Assembly: GCA_951406725.2 (NCBI GenBank)
Contig: OX597831.1
Span: forward strand, 53,444,001 to 53,508,000
DNA from: Octopus vulgaris
Taxonomy: Eukaryota
Length of the DNA: 64,000 nucleotides
Reading direction: 5' to 3'
Positions 25,041 through 37,666 of this stretch are shown here, one piece after another; the stretch's first letter is position 1; each line of letters begins with the position of its first letter. The position numbers and the translations under genes are program-made. Under the pieces are notes generated by a model. That model made no database searches, was not told the DNA's origin, and worked only from the letters and a program-made list of their open reading frames with translations.

Positions 25041-26840
25041 GTTTAGCGTCTGCTTTCCATGCTGGCATGGGTTGGACGATGCAACTGGGGTCTGGGAAGC
25101 CAGAAGGCTGCACCAGGCCCAGTCTGATCTGGCAATGTTTCTATGGGTGGATGCCCTTCCTAACGCCAACCACTCCATGAGTGTAGTGGGTGCTTTTTAC
25201 GTGCCACTGGCACAGGTGCCAGACAAGGCTGGCAAACGGCCACGATCGGATGGTGCTTTTACGTGCCACCGGCATGGAAGCCAGTCGGGGCGATGCTGGC
25301 AACGGCCACGTTCAGATGGTTCTCTTATGTGCCACCGGCACATAATGACTTTTTTAAACCGGCACATAATAAGTTTTTAAAAATCTTCTAACCCTTTAGC
25401 ATTTAAACCAGCCACATCCAGCCCAAGTATTCTACCCATTTTATTTTCAAACTGGCCAGATCCAGTCTCTAACACCTATCTTACAATGTCATTCTAAAAA
25501 TATGCAACCACATCATTAAAACCTCAAAGCTACAAAAAAAAAATGCATGAGTAATTAAAAACGGTGTGATTAAATAATTAAATAATTACATTTGATAGTG
25601 GTTAGAGCATCAGGTTTACAATCATGAGATAGTGTGTTCAATTCCTGGACCGAGCTGTGTGTTGTGTTCTTGGACAAGACACTTTATTTCACTCAGCTGT
25701 AGAAATGGGTTGTGATGTCACTGGTGTTAAGCTGTATCAGCCTTTGCCTTTCCCTTTGACAACATCAGTGGCACAGAGAGGGGAGGCTGGTATGCATGGG
25801 CAACTGCTGGTTTTCCATAAACAACTTTGCCTGGACTTGTGCCTAAGAGGGGAACTTTCTAGGTGCAATCCCATGGTCACTCATAACTGAAGGGAGTGTT
25901 TACCCTTTACCCTTTTTTACATTTGATAGAGTAATCTGAATACTAATGGGTTAATCAGGAGGCAAGGTAGTGGCCTTGATGTTTTACCTCTGTAACTAGT
26001 AACAGAGATGAAAGAAGGTATCCTCAAACCAGAGACTTTGGCCCAAATGCTTGCACCCAAGATGGTATTAAACTTAGCAATGAATTAAATCTAATACTTA
26101 TAAAGTATTGTAGGAATCATTTCTCCAAGGCATCACACAGCAGGACTGAACCTGAAATCACATGGTTGCAAAACAAACTTACCTTATCACAAAACCATGT
26201 CAGCACCTATATTTATCAATCAAAATTATTCGTCGACTATCTATTTGACCGTGCATTCTTAGTTTCACATATGAGCCAAATACATCCTGTTTAATAACTA
26301 TATATTTAATTTTCAACAAAAAGACAGAAAAAAATAACCCCCTCCCCAAAAAAAAAAAACCAAAAAAAAAAAAAAAAAAAAACAATTGTGTTTATTGTGA
26401 ACCATCTTGTTTTTCATGAAACAAAAGAGTGATTCTAATCTCAAAAGCTTGGGAAGTATTTGTGTAGCATATTTCTAAATAGTAGCCTTTTTTGAATTTT
26501 ATTTTGTCTAGTATTTTTTGTTCCCGTTGTTATAGATTAACATAACTAGCAAGTGTAATGTATCTATATAATGTTTTGACAGGAAGTAGGTAGTTCCAGT
26601 ACCATTTAGTTTGGAAGTAAACCAACTTTTTGAAGTGGATTTATTCTGTTTAAAGTGTGAACTACAAAGGAAGATGACAGCTTCATTTGTAGGTGTCACA
26701 CACCAATAAAAATTGATCAATCAAAAAAACATATAAATAAATGAATAAATAAACAAATAAAGTAAAGGACTGACTAAAGATGCATAGAAGTGCACTTCTG
26801 AGTTAATAATAATAATAACAACAACAACAACAATAACAAC

Positions 26841-26887
<47 letters not shown>

Positions 26888-27348
26888 GATGGGCTACAGC
26901 AAATATTTTGCTCAATACCACAGATTTGCTTGTCGGTTGTTTGACCTTAACCAGTTGAACATGTCCCTTAGTGGCTGACGATATGTGCATCTCTGATCAC
27001 GAGCAGAAGTAGTGGGGGAGCATCATAGCCATGTGTTGAGAAGGATTCTTTGGGGTTTGAATAATTCACCTCTGGAAACAAGGGTGTTTCGTTCAACGTC
27101 CTTAAACAACCCTTATTCAGGGACCTTTTGAGCGGGATGGGCTACTCAACCTGAAGAAAATTCTAACTGGGCCCCACCTGCAAGGTCATGTGCTGTTTAT
27201 CTTGATATGAGATCACCATGTCGCGCACATATGGTTGTGATGCATATGCCTGGTGTACCTTTATCAGACGGGTAGTCATGATGGGTATATTGGGCTTCGT
27301 ATATTTTACCCCAGTGTCACTTTGATGGCATGAACTGCTCTCTCACTC
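26888..27348 (+). mobile_element. Unclassified interspersed element inserted in (AAT)n
   Basis: Complex sequence flanked on both sides by (AAT)n, with a second diverged copy at ~51165-51316(-). Possibly the 3' region of a microsatellite-targeting non-LTR element. Confidence 0.55.
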
Positions 27349-27381
<33 letters not shown>

Positions 27382-27426
27382 TATTATTATTATAATAATA
27401 ATAATAATAATAATAATAATTATTAT

Positions 27427-27476
<50 letters not shown>

Positions 27477-28213
27477 TAATAATAATAACAATAATAAAAG
27501 GCTTTAATTCTTGGCAAGCTCTAATAGTTGTATAAAAGGTTAAATACGTATTTTACCTCCACACATGGGAGCAATAAAGAATCAATTTCTTGAACCAATG
27601 AAGGAAGCCTTACATAGTTATTCGACCCATTAGAAACAACAGCCAAATCTCTCTCAGCATCTTAAAAATAATATGATCATAGAAACACTATGTAGGTACA
27701 GGCATAGCAGGGTGGTTAAGAAGTACACTTTCACAAGCATATAGTTCTAAAGTCAATCCTGCATAACACCTCATAATGAGTTCTTTTCTGTAGTTTAATT
27801 ATTTTTCATATTCATATTGTAGCAAATAGCTTCCGTTACCCTGCCTGACTTGCACTGTTGAAGGGCTTGTAGTGAGAGAGCATTATAACTAGAATACGGA
27901 AAATATGGAAGTAATTTTGAAAGTCGTTGTGTCTGATGACAGCAAACAGTTTCACCCCTCAACAAGGAGCCTTTACACTTAGGTTGGCAACAAGTGGGCC
28001 ATTGAAGTATTCTCTGTGGGCCTTGTGCTGTTTCTAAAAATTTTTTCAAGTTTAACCTGTTATAGCATTTAAACCAGCCATATCCAGGCAAAAATATTGT
28101 ATTTGTTCTATGTTCAAACTGGCCGGATACAGTCTCGTAATGTACCCAACAATGTCTTACTGCAAATAAACAATCCCAAAGTTGAAATCTCAATGCTATA
28201 AATATGTGTGTGT

Positions 28214-28268
<55 letters not shown>

Positions 28269-28269
28269 T

Positions 28270-28321
<52 letters not shown>

Positions 28322-28447
28322 CTTTGTGTCTGTGTTTGTCCCTCACCACTGCTTGACAACCGGTGTTGATGTATTTATGTGTTCATAACTTAGTGGTTTA
28401 GCAAAACGAACCGATACAATTAACACCAGGCTTAAAAACACAAGTAC

Positions 28448-29048
28448 ACAGTAATGCAGTTCTATATTTAAGAGATGAGGAAAGATGTACATTATTTACA
28501 TTATTTACATTCGACGGATATTTGCCCTCATCTTGTTTCTTATTAATACATTTTGGCTGATATACCCTCCAGCCTTCTTCAGGTGTCTTGGGGAAATTTC
28601 AAACCTGGGTTCTCATTCCTAAGGTATTTTTCGATGTTATTACTCTTTTACTTGTTTCAATCATTTGACTGCGGCCATGCTGGAGCACCGCCTTTAGTCG
28701 AGCAAATCGACCCCGGGACTTATTCTTTGTAAGCCCAGTACTTATTCTATCGGTCTCTTTTGCCGAACCGCTAAGTGATGGGGACGTAAACACACCAGCA
28801 TCTGTTGTCAAGCAATGCTAGGGGGACAAACACAGACACACAAACACATACACACACATACATATATACATATACATATATACGACAGGCTTCTTTCAGT
28901 TTCCGTCTACCAAATCCACTCACAAGGCATTGGTCGGCCCTGGGTCTATAGCAGAAGACACTTGCCCAAGATGCCACGCAGTGGGACTGAACCTGGAACC
29001 ATGTGGTTGGTTAGCAAGCTACTTACCACACAGCCACTCTTGCGCCTA

Positions 29049-29088
<40 letters not shown>

Positions 29089-29475
29089 ATTATTGTTATT
29101 ATTAGTAGTATTATTATTATTCAGGTCACTGCCTGGAATCGAACTTGGAATCTTGGGGTTAGTAGCCCGCGCTCTTAACCACTATGCCATATGCCTGTGG
29201 GTGTAGTGATTAAGAGCACAAGCTACTAACCCCAAGATTCTGAGTTTGATAACAATAATAACAACAACTACAATAATAATAATAATAATAATAAGAAGAA
29301 TAATAACAACAACAACAACAACAATAATAACATTGAAAAATACGTTAAGAATGAGAACCCAGGTTCGAAATTTCCCCAAGACACCTGAGGGCTGGAGGGT
29401 GTATGAGCTGAAACGTGTTAACAACAAAGAAGATGAGGACAAATATCCGTCAAATGTAAATAATGTAAATAATGT
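28448..29475. mobile_element. Inverted (head-to-head) tRNA-headed element with hammerhead-like tail; SINE B nested in the left arm
   Basis: Arms 28487-29195(-) and ~29199-29475(+) are reverse-complementary. An 8-bp TSD acaagtac (28440-47 / 29476-83) interrupts a SINE B 3' part. Confidence 0.8.
28643..29046 (-). mobile_element. CORE-type tRNA SINE family B, full length
   Basis: Minus strand: A-box tggctgtgtgg, B-box ggttcagtccc, CORE-like gtggcatcttgggcaagtgtctt, internal (TA/TG)n and a gtaaaaga tail. A second full copy lies at 46770-47144(-). Partial copies near 2322, 3527, 9292, 15876, 17650, 18260, 39290, 42755, 45010, 45193, 48858, 51625, 54458 and 58540. Confidence 0.88.
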
Positions 29476-30064
29476 ACAAGTACTGGGGTCAATTTGTTCA
29501 ACAAAGTTTCTCAAAGGTAGTACCCCAGCATGGCCACAGTCTAATGACTGAAATAAGTAATAAAAAAGAGGTCCCTGATCTGTGCAATCAATTAACCTAC
29601 TAGAAATAGCAGCCAAATTCCACCTCACCATCTGAAACAATGGAAAAGGAAACGTGGTTCTAAATACACTATGTCTGAATAAGTGATGTGGTGGTCATGA
29701 CTGGGATACTTTTGTTCATTAGCGTGGTCAGTTGATGCTGGTGTGGGACTAAACAGCAAGAGCAGACAGGATGGTGTTTGGAGGAGGATTTAGCTGTAAA
29801 TTCTAGCATGTCGTCTGTGAGATTATTAGACTGTAGGAAGTGTGAATGACTGTTGCTGTTATTGTTGATGGTACTGCTCTCGTAATTGATGATGATGATG
29901 ATGATGATGACGACGATGACGATGGTGATGGTGGTGGTGGTGGTTGTGGTGGTGGTAATGGGTGGTAGTGGTGGTGATGATGATAGTGATGATGATGATA
30001 GTGGCAGAGGTGGTGGTAATGGTGGTGGTGTTGATTTGATGGTGTTGATGGTGGTGGTAATGCC

Positions 30065-30098
<34 letters not shown>

Positions 30099-30534
30099 TG
30101 ATGATGGTGGTGATGATGATGATGATGATGACAACGATGATGAATGAACTTTGGTTGAAAGCATATTGCCAAAATATATATAGTTTCTTTATATATATTA
30201 GTAACAAAGTCACATATTTCTAGAGCAAAGCATATAAGTCAGTTGAATTGACCTTAGTCTATGTCTGGAACTTATTTCATTAACCCACCACCACTCAGAG
30301 GAATGAAATAAGAAATGTAATACTGTGGGATTTGAAATCCCAGCAGAGGAATATAAAGAATTTAGTCTGGTGCTTTGCCATGATGTGTTTCCCTTACCAT
30401 TTTCCATAGCCAACTATTTACAAAGTTCTCATATTGGAGCTAGACTACAGATTTGTAGAGGGGGTGGGGACTAGTGTATTTAATCAATTGCTAATACTTT
30501 GCTAATACTTATTTCATTCCTCTCAGTGGAATGA

Positions 30535-30985
30535 ACTACTGAAGGAGTATCTGTGTGGTTGCTCAACATGGTAGAAATAACAGCCAAGCCTCCCTCTAGT
30601 TGCACACCTGCCATTCTTACAGAAGGCTGTTTAACTATATAAACCACTGAAGGGGTATCTGTGTGGTTGCTCAACATGGTAGAAATAACAGCCAAGCCTC
30701 CCTGGCATTCTTACAGAACCCCTGACATTCTTACAGCCTCCCTGACATTCTAACAGAAGGATGTTTAGTTATAGGAATCACTGGAGTATCTGTGTGGTTG
30801 CTCAACATGGTAGAAATAACAGCCAAGCTTCCCTCTAGTTACACCCCTGACATTCTTAGAGAAGGTTGTTTAGTGATAGGAATCACTGGAGTATCTGTGT
30901 GGTTGCTCAGCATGTTAGAAATAACAGCCAAATCTTCCTCTACTTATACCCCCGGCATTCTTAGAGAAGGATGTTTAGTAATAAG
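30535..30985 (+). repeat. Tandem repeat, ~4 units of ~105-135 bp
   Basis: Recurring gtatctgtgtggttgctcaacatggtagaaataacagccaa at ~30547, 30655, 30786 and 30891. Derived from the dispersed ...tagaaatagcagccaaa... repeat seen throughout the window. Confidence 0.9.
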
Positions 30986-31102
30986 AATATTTTGATTAGG
31001 TTGTCACCAGTGGAACGATGATATACTTCAGTTGAGTTAAGAGGTGAATGAACAAGAATTCTGTGTGAAGTTCTAAATACCAAAATATTTATTTATCATT
31101 AA

Positions 31103-31321
31103 CCCTTTAGCATTCAGATTACTCTGTCAAATGTAATGATTATTGATTCATATAGTTTCGAATTTATCATATATTATCTCATAGCTTCAAGATTTCAATG
31201 GTCTTACTGTTTATTTTTAGAATGACATTTTAGAGTAGGTATGCAAACTGGATCTTGTAGATTTAAGCATAAAACAGGGGGAATATTTAGGCTGGATATG
31301 GTCAGTTTAAATGCTAAAAGG
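31103..31321. mobile_element. piggyBac-type MITE
   Basis: TTAA|ccctttagcatt ... aatgctaaaagg|TTAA. Related copies at 25392-25950 (containing a SINE C) and 38229-38432. Confidence 0.8.
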
Positions 31322-32600
31322 TTAATAAAACAATGTGTCATTACAACAAGCTATAGAAAAGAATGATATTTAAGCCAAATGAAATAGTTCAGTAGTTTGC
31401 AGATGTTGTGCCACAACAATGACTATAGACATGAGAAATGTAGATTCTGATATCATGACCACTTTTGTCATCATCATTATTATGGCATTCTTTAGCCATT
31501 GTTTAGTTTCACAAATTCCTACTGCTTATTTTGGCTTGCAGTCACTGTTGGACTAGCAGAAAAACAAACTATATGTAACTAATGTCATTCAAAGAAAAGT
31601 GCACCAAAGATGAAATTGTTAATGACAATTTAATATGTTGTCTGTCTGAAAAATACTTGTTTACAAAACCAAGACTTAATGAGTTAAACATCTGCTGTGT
31701 CTATTGATTTGAGTGGTCAGGTCTTTGCTGATGTCATTTTGAACCATGACAACATACTGTTACTGTTATTATTATTTTTACATGTAAGGTGGTGTGCTGG
31801 CAGAATCATTAGCATGCCAGACAAAATGCTTAAAGCATTTTGTCTGTCTTTACATTTTGAGTTCAAATTCCTCTGAGGTGGACATTGCTTTTCAAACTTT
31901 TAGTGTCAATAAAAAAGTACTAGTTAAGCACTGGGGTTGATGTCGTTGACTATTCCCTTCTGCCAAATTGTTATTTTCAGGTGTGAATTTAGTGATTTAG
32001 GTTCAAATCTTAGGCAATGAATCAGTGCTTAGGACTCTGCCAAATATTCCTACTACAAATGCTCTCTCTCTCATCGTCATCGTCGACGTTGTCGCCGCCG
32101 CCGCTGCAACCACCATCACCAACACCACCACCACCACTACCACCACCACCACCACCACCATCATCATCGTTTAACGTCCGCTTTCCATACTAGCATGGGT
32201 TGGACGATTTGACTGAGGACTGGCGAATCAGATGGCTGCACCAGGCTCCAATCTATATATAGGAAAAAAAAGATGGCATTACCATGGTCGGAACGCTTTT
32301 GGTCATAGGTCTTTTTTTCTTCAAAACTGACCTGGGGTTAAATGCTAACATTAACAACACTATCACTGTTACCAACACTAATCTCTGCTTTAATAACAGA
32401 GTTCCCCCCACCTCTCCCTGCACAATTGAAATCCTGGCCACACCCTGTGCGGTGTCTTCAATCAATGAAATAATGGATTGTTTTGTCCCTTTTCCTAAGA
32501 CTGACTTACAGCCAGATAGACTGAGTCAGTGAGAGTTGTTGTTGTTATCATCATTGATGTTGTTGATTTTGTCATCATTGTTATTAGCATTGCTGTTGTT

Positions 32601-32632
<32 letters not shown>

Positions 32633-32867
32633 ATTCATTGTCATTGTATTGTTATTAGCATTACTGTTGTTGACATTGATGTTGTAGTTGTTGCTGATGG
32701 TGTTGTTGTTATCGTTGTTATTGTTGTTCTTGTCATTATCATTGTTAATGTTGTTGTTGTTGTTGTTGTTATTGTTAATGTGCTTGTTGTTGTTGCTGAT
32801 GTTGTTATTTGTTGCCATCTTCATTGGTGATGCTGTTGTCAGCAATATTGTCATTGTGATTATCATT

Positions 32868-32910
<43 letters not shown>

Positions 32911-33370
32911 CAGCAGCAGCTTTAGTAGCTGTTGCTGTTGTTGTTATTGTTGACATTGCCAATGTAGTAATGATAGTAGTAGTAGTAGTTGTAGTAGTGG
33001 CTGTTGTTTTTGTTATTATTGTCATTGTTGTTGCTGTTGTTGTTGTTTTCCTTGTTATTGTTGCTTTTTAGTCCTGACTGAGAAAAATTTATGATCTGTG
33101 ATTGATTCCAGTCATGACCATCCCATTTGTCTTCGTTTCCACATCAATGCTTTTATGATTAATATTACTCACTTTGTCCTTCCTTTTTTGTAGAATGTTA
33201 TTTGAGGGAAATTTGGCTGCTACTTTTGGCATGCTGAGCAACCAAGTGCAGGCAGTCACTTTGGCTTGTTAATAGTTGTTTTACTGCTGTTGCTTTTAGT
33301 GATGTTGTTTTAGTTTATTTAGCCCATGGTCAACCTTGATCAAACAGACTTATGATCAAAAGTGTTCCAG

Positions 33371-33509
33371 ATGCAGAATGAGTGTGTCTGCATACACGGA
33401 CGATGTCACCGTCATAGTGTCTAGCCACGAGCACATCGAGCTGGTTGGCAAGACACTGAAAGACTATGAAGCGGTGACAGGAGCGAAAATCAACCAGGAA
33501 AAATCAGTT
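33371..33509 (+). mobile_element. Isolated L1/Tx1-like reverse transcriptase fragment
   Basis: SVSAYTDDVTVIV...LKDYEAVTGAKINQEKS: a YxDD motif plus the GAKINxxKS motif typical of L1/Tx1 RTs. Confidence 0.7.
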
Positions 33510-34198
33510 AGGTTAAGCACATCTAATGTAAATCATTGTGTCCAATGAAGCCATCATTTTTTAAGATGGTAGAATGTTATATAAAACAAAGTTAAATGTT
33601 ATTTCTAGCAGGACTTGAGACTATATGCAGATTCTCTCATTGGTTCATAAAGTTTGTGTTGTTGGTATTGCTGTTGCTGTTATTGTCACATATTTAGACC
33701 CAAGTTAACTCTGAATGAAGAGACCTGTGATCAAAAGTATCCCAGCCATGACAATCCAGTCTTTTTTTTTTTGAGAACAAGTATATCTAGAATGACATTA
33801 CTACCCAATATGCTTTTGCTTCTTTAAAATGAGAGGGTGTTATATGAAGGATATTTGACTACTATTTCTAATGTCACTCTCAACATAGTGTATTCCTTAC
33901 ATATGAAACCTAGATTCATGGTTCCAAAACAATTGGCTATCCTATTTACAATAAATTGTGGGTTGACTTCCAATAACATGTAGTTTTAAAAATCAGGGCC
34001 ATGTAATTGAAGTATGGTATGTGTGTTGCATGTAACCTCTTTCTATAATATAATATATACTATATTATATTACACTATTTCATGTATGTATGTATGTATG
34101 TATGTATGTATGTATGTATGTATGTATGTATGCATATTTATGTGTGTATATATATATATATGTGTGTGTGTATGTGTGTGTGTGTGCATGTGTCTGTG

Positions 34199-34267
<69 letters not shown>

Positions 34268-34344
34268 TTTTATTCTTTTATATGTTTCAGCCCTAAGGCT
34301 GTGGCCATGCTAAGGTACTGCCAGTGTATTCATCTTTTAATTGG

Positions 34345-34810
34345 CCAATCTTATGTGATTAGCTTTTGGTGAAGGAGGGAGTTTGACACTGCTGCCCTCT
34401 TTTGAGTTTCCTGCCTTGGTATTGGTTCATCTGGGATCTTGGATAGCAAGAGGTCAAGTTGTTTCTTGAAAACATCTATCCTCAATCCTTGGAGATCCCT
34501 CAGATGTTTTGGCAAGGTGCTAAATAGCTGTGGCGTTTTGCATCCCAAGTTATTGCAGCTTATGGTTCTCACTTTAGACAGGACAGCTGAGACCTTTGGA
34601 ACAGTGCAATGATGTCCAATTCAAGGTCTGGCATAACTCTCAATTCCAAAGTTTGGTGCCAACCCCTCCAGTGTCTTCCACACATATACCACTGCATACC
34701 TCTCCCGTCTTTACTCCAAGGAGTAAAGTCACAGCTCTTTCAGTCTCTCCCAGTAGCTCAGCTCTTCCATTGATGCAATCTTCCTTGTGTAACATCGCTG
34801 AACTGCCTCA
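34345..34810 (-). mobile_element. CR1/L2-group LINE 3' fragment, decayed
   Basis: YWERLK.L..YSLE..RERY...WKTLEGLAPN, then PQLF..LP..LR.....FKKQLD.LL..IPDEP. Confidence 0.75.
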
Positions 34811-34985
34811 AGTTCTGCTATTAATCCACTATATATATATATATATATACATATATATCCAGATCAAATTGGAGCCTGGTGCAGCCTCCTGGCTTGCCAG
34901 TCCTCAGTCAAACCATCCAACTCATGCCAGCATGAAAAGCAGATGTTAAACGATGATGATGATATATATATATGTATGTATATAC

Positions 34986-35019
<34 letters not shown>

Positions 35020-35040
35020 ATAAATGTATGTATATATGTA

Positions 35041-35077
<37 letters not shown>

Positions 35078-35078
<1 letters not shown>

Positions 35079-35292
35079 ATAAAAAAAACAAGAAAAATCA
35101 CAACAATGCGAGGATGTGGTACATGCAAAGTATTAACAGATGGTCAGGGAAGGAAAACTCCCTTCAGTGAAGGAAAGAAAGGTAGTTTTACGTTTTGAGC
35201 AAAGCTCTTCTTCAGAAACAGGAGACAGAGGAAAGTCCAAGAGAAAAGGAAGACAGAGGAAAAAAATCGCCAGTCATCCACATGTAGTTACA
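35078..35292 (-). mobile_element. PLE terminal fragment with decayed hammerhead-like motif
   Basis: Minus strand: ttt-CTGAAGA-A-GAGC-ttt-GCTC-AAAA-CGTA (GAAA changed to AAAA). Abuts (TA)n. Confidence 0.6.
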
Positions 35293-37029
35293 TTTAAGGA
35301 AAGTGGAGAGTTTGAACACAAAAAGAAATCAATTTATTTATATAATAATAATTTTCATAAAGCCTATGTATGTTTCAATTCCTTACCTTCATTCATATTT
35401 TGTTATTAGTATTGCATTATGCATTTAAAAGGTAAAATTCTCTTCAGGGTAAAAAAATGGTTGGAGAGTTGCTTACTGACTGAAATAGCAGCATGCGTTT
35501 GTGTGTTTGTGTGTGTCACCATGTGTGTCTATTGGATTCCTTTCTAAAAATAGCTTGAGGTTAAACTACAGTGGACAATAACAAGTTGTAGTTCTGAAGA
35601 ACTACGTCATACTACTATTCTCCTTATTGGAATTTAGATCGGTTTTATAAAGGCTGGCTACCACTCCTTTTTCTACTCACTTGTGAAAAATAAAAATAAA
35701 ATATATATATTAGCAAGAATCCAAATCAATATGTTTATTTAACTTCTACTTATTTAGTTGTGAAAATCTCTATTCTTATTACAATGTTTATTTATTTAGA
35801 TGTATTAGTTTTATTTATTGATAGTTTAGGTTATTATATATATTTTTACTTTGATTAAATTTTATATATTTAATTGGGGCATGATTCACTATGTATCAAA
35901 TGTATGGAGTTAGACTATTTTCAAATGGTGAAGGTACATTTCACTTTAAGGTTACTTCCTATGTTTATTTCAATTCTTATCCTTCATGAGTGTTTATTTA
36001 AATATAATTTATTATTTAAAAATTTATTAAATATATACATATATATACATACCTTTCTATATATGTGTATATATGTATATATTTCTTTTTGCTTATGCAT
36101 ATAACAAATTCTCTATCCATTGTTGAATTATTTATTTTGATACACAGCTGATAGTAAGGGTTTCAAAGTGTATTCCTCTATTTAATTAATATAGAATTAT
36201 TAGTTCTAGATATTTATTTATTCACATAATGCCTATTTAATTATATTTATTTGGAATTATTAGATGTATATTCATTTCTATAATGTTTATTCAATTTTAT
36301 TTATTTGAATTTATTAAATGTATATTTAATTCTATGTGGGGAAACAAAAACCTCTTTCTCTTTTATTGTTGATTAATTTGTGCTTGGATGTAACGATCTG
36401 GAAAATTTCCTCAAAGCATAAATCACACCTTTTATAATGCAATGTTATTTGCAAAATATGAATGGAGATAAGAAATTGAAACGTACGTAGGTGATATGAA
36501 AATGACTATTATATAAATAAATTGATTTTTTTTCTATGTTCAAACTCTCCGTTTTAATTTTTTTATATTATTAAAATTATGTTCTCCTATATCAAATGGA
36601 TGAAAACTTCTATAACGACAACTGGAGCTTCATAAGTGTTAACACTAATACTAACACAAATTGATGAATTCCAAGTATATTAATTGATATGGAGCTAAAC
36701 CAGTGTACACTTGGATAAAATACATCCCTGTGAAAGAGCAACCTCTTTCCATTCGAAACTTTATATATATATATATGCCAGTACCTTCTATTGACCATTC
36801 TTCTATGCACATGTGTAGGTAGACACACAATAGGCAGCCACTCCTACCAAATTTCTTACTATAAATTTTTCCTATGACCATAAAAGATATTAAGCCCAAC
36901 CACATACATAGATAAACAGTCACAACCACACACACACACACGTGCTATCATTACACACACACACACACACATACACACACACACGTGCTATCATTACACA
37001 CACGCAAGCACAAACCTGTGCGCATGCAC

Positions 37030-37315
37030 ATACCCACACATACTGCCTTCTCTTGCACTCTCCTGTCTTTGAAAGAACTTTTTCTTCACCCATTCCCTTC
37101 TGGTCATTTCAATATATGACTGTGTGTGTATCGTTGGCGATTTTCTTTCTCCATCTTCCCTTCCTTGGGCTTTTCCTTTTTTCTATATTTCTGATGAAGA
37201 GCTCCACTTGAAACATTAAATCCTACTTTTTTCTTTCCTTTCCTGAGCGTCCAATAACACTATACTTGTTCCACATTCCCGCATTGTTGTATTTTTTCTT
37301 TGTTCATGCTTGGAT

Positions 37316-37320
<5 letters not shown>
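37030..37320 (+). mobile_element. PLE terminal fragment with hammerhead-like motif
   Basis: CTGATGA (37191-97)-A-GAGC-tcc-ACTT-GAAA (37210-13). Homologous to 18043-18256 and ends at (TA)n. Confidence 0.65.
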
Positions 37321-37349
<29 letters not shown>

Positions 37350-37351
<2 letters not shown>

Positions 37352-37568
37352 ATTTAAAAGCAGCAGAAATCAACAAAACCTGTTACTCTGAGTTTCACGT
37401 TCCCGTTCGTCGGACAGTTTTTGTTAAAAACTGTCCGACGAACGGGAACGTGAAACTCAGAGTAACAGGTTTTGTTGAATTTCTGCTGCTTTTAAATAAA
37501 GCATATTACTCTACTCCTGGTATTTGAGTACTCTTTTTCCACTTGTTTCACATTTATGTGTTTACTCC

Positions 37569-37570
<2 letters not shown>
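37350..37570 (+). mobile_element. Palindromic PLE-like terminal element in (TA)n
   Basis: 73/74-bp inverted arms (37350-37422, 37426-37499) with a 3-nt loop. The right arm extends through AATAAA into a ~70-bp tail. Confidence 0.8.
37426..37473 (+). ncRNA. Candidate type I hammerhead ribozyme (U4C core variant)
   Basis: Stem I ctgt, core CCGACGA, stem II ACG-GGAA-CGT, GAAA, stem III A-CT-CAG-AG-T, GUA cleavage triplet (after 37464), stem I' acag. A mirror copy lies on the minus strand at 37375-37422. Confidence 0.6.

Positions 37571-37666
<96 letters not shown>

Noticed and set aside
29669-30213. Long His/Ser/Thr/Ile-rich ORFs here and at 32495, 38466-39125, 43910-44708, 49476-50077, 54934-56933 and 63295
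   Set aside because: Translations of tri-, di- and tetranucleotide microsatellites; open in several frames and without splice or domain support.
30535-30985. CRISPR-like regular repeats (also 40060-40390)
   Set aside because: The intervening sequences are homologous to each other rather than unique spacers. The context is eukaryotic and there are no cas genes.
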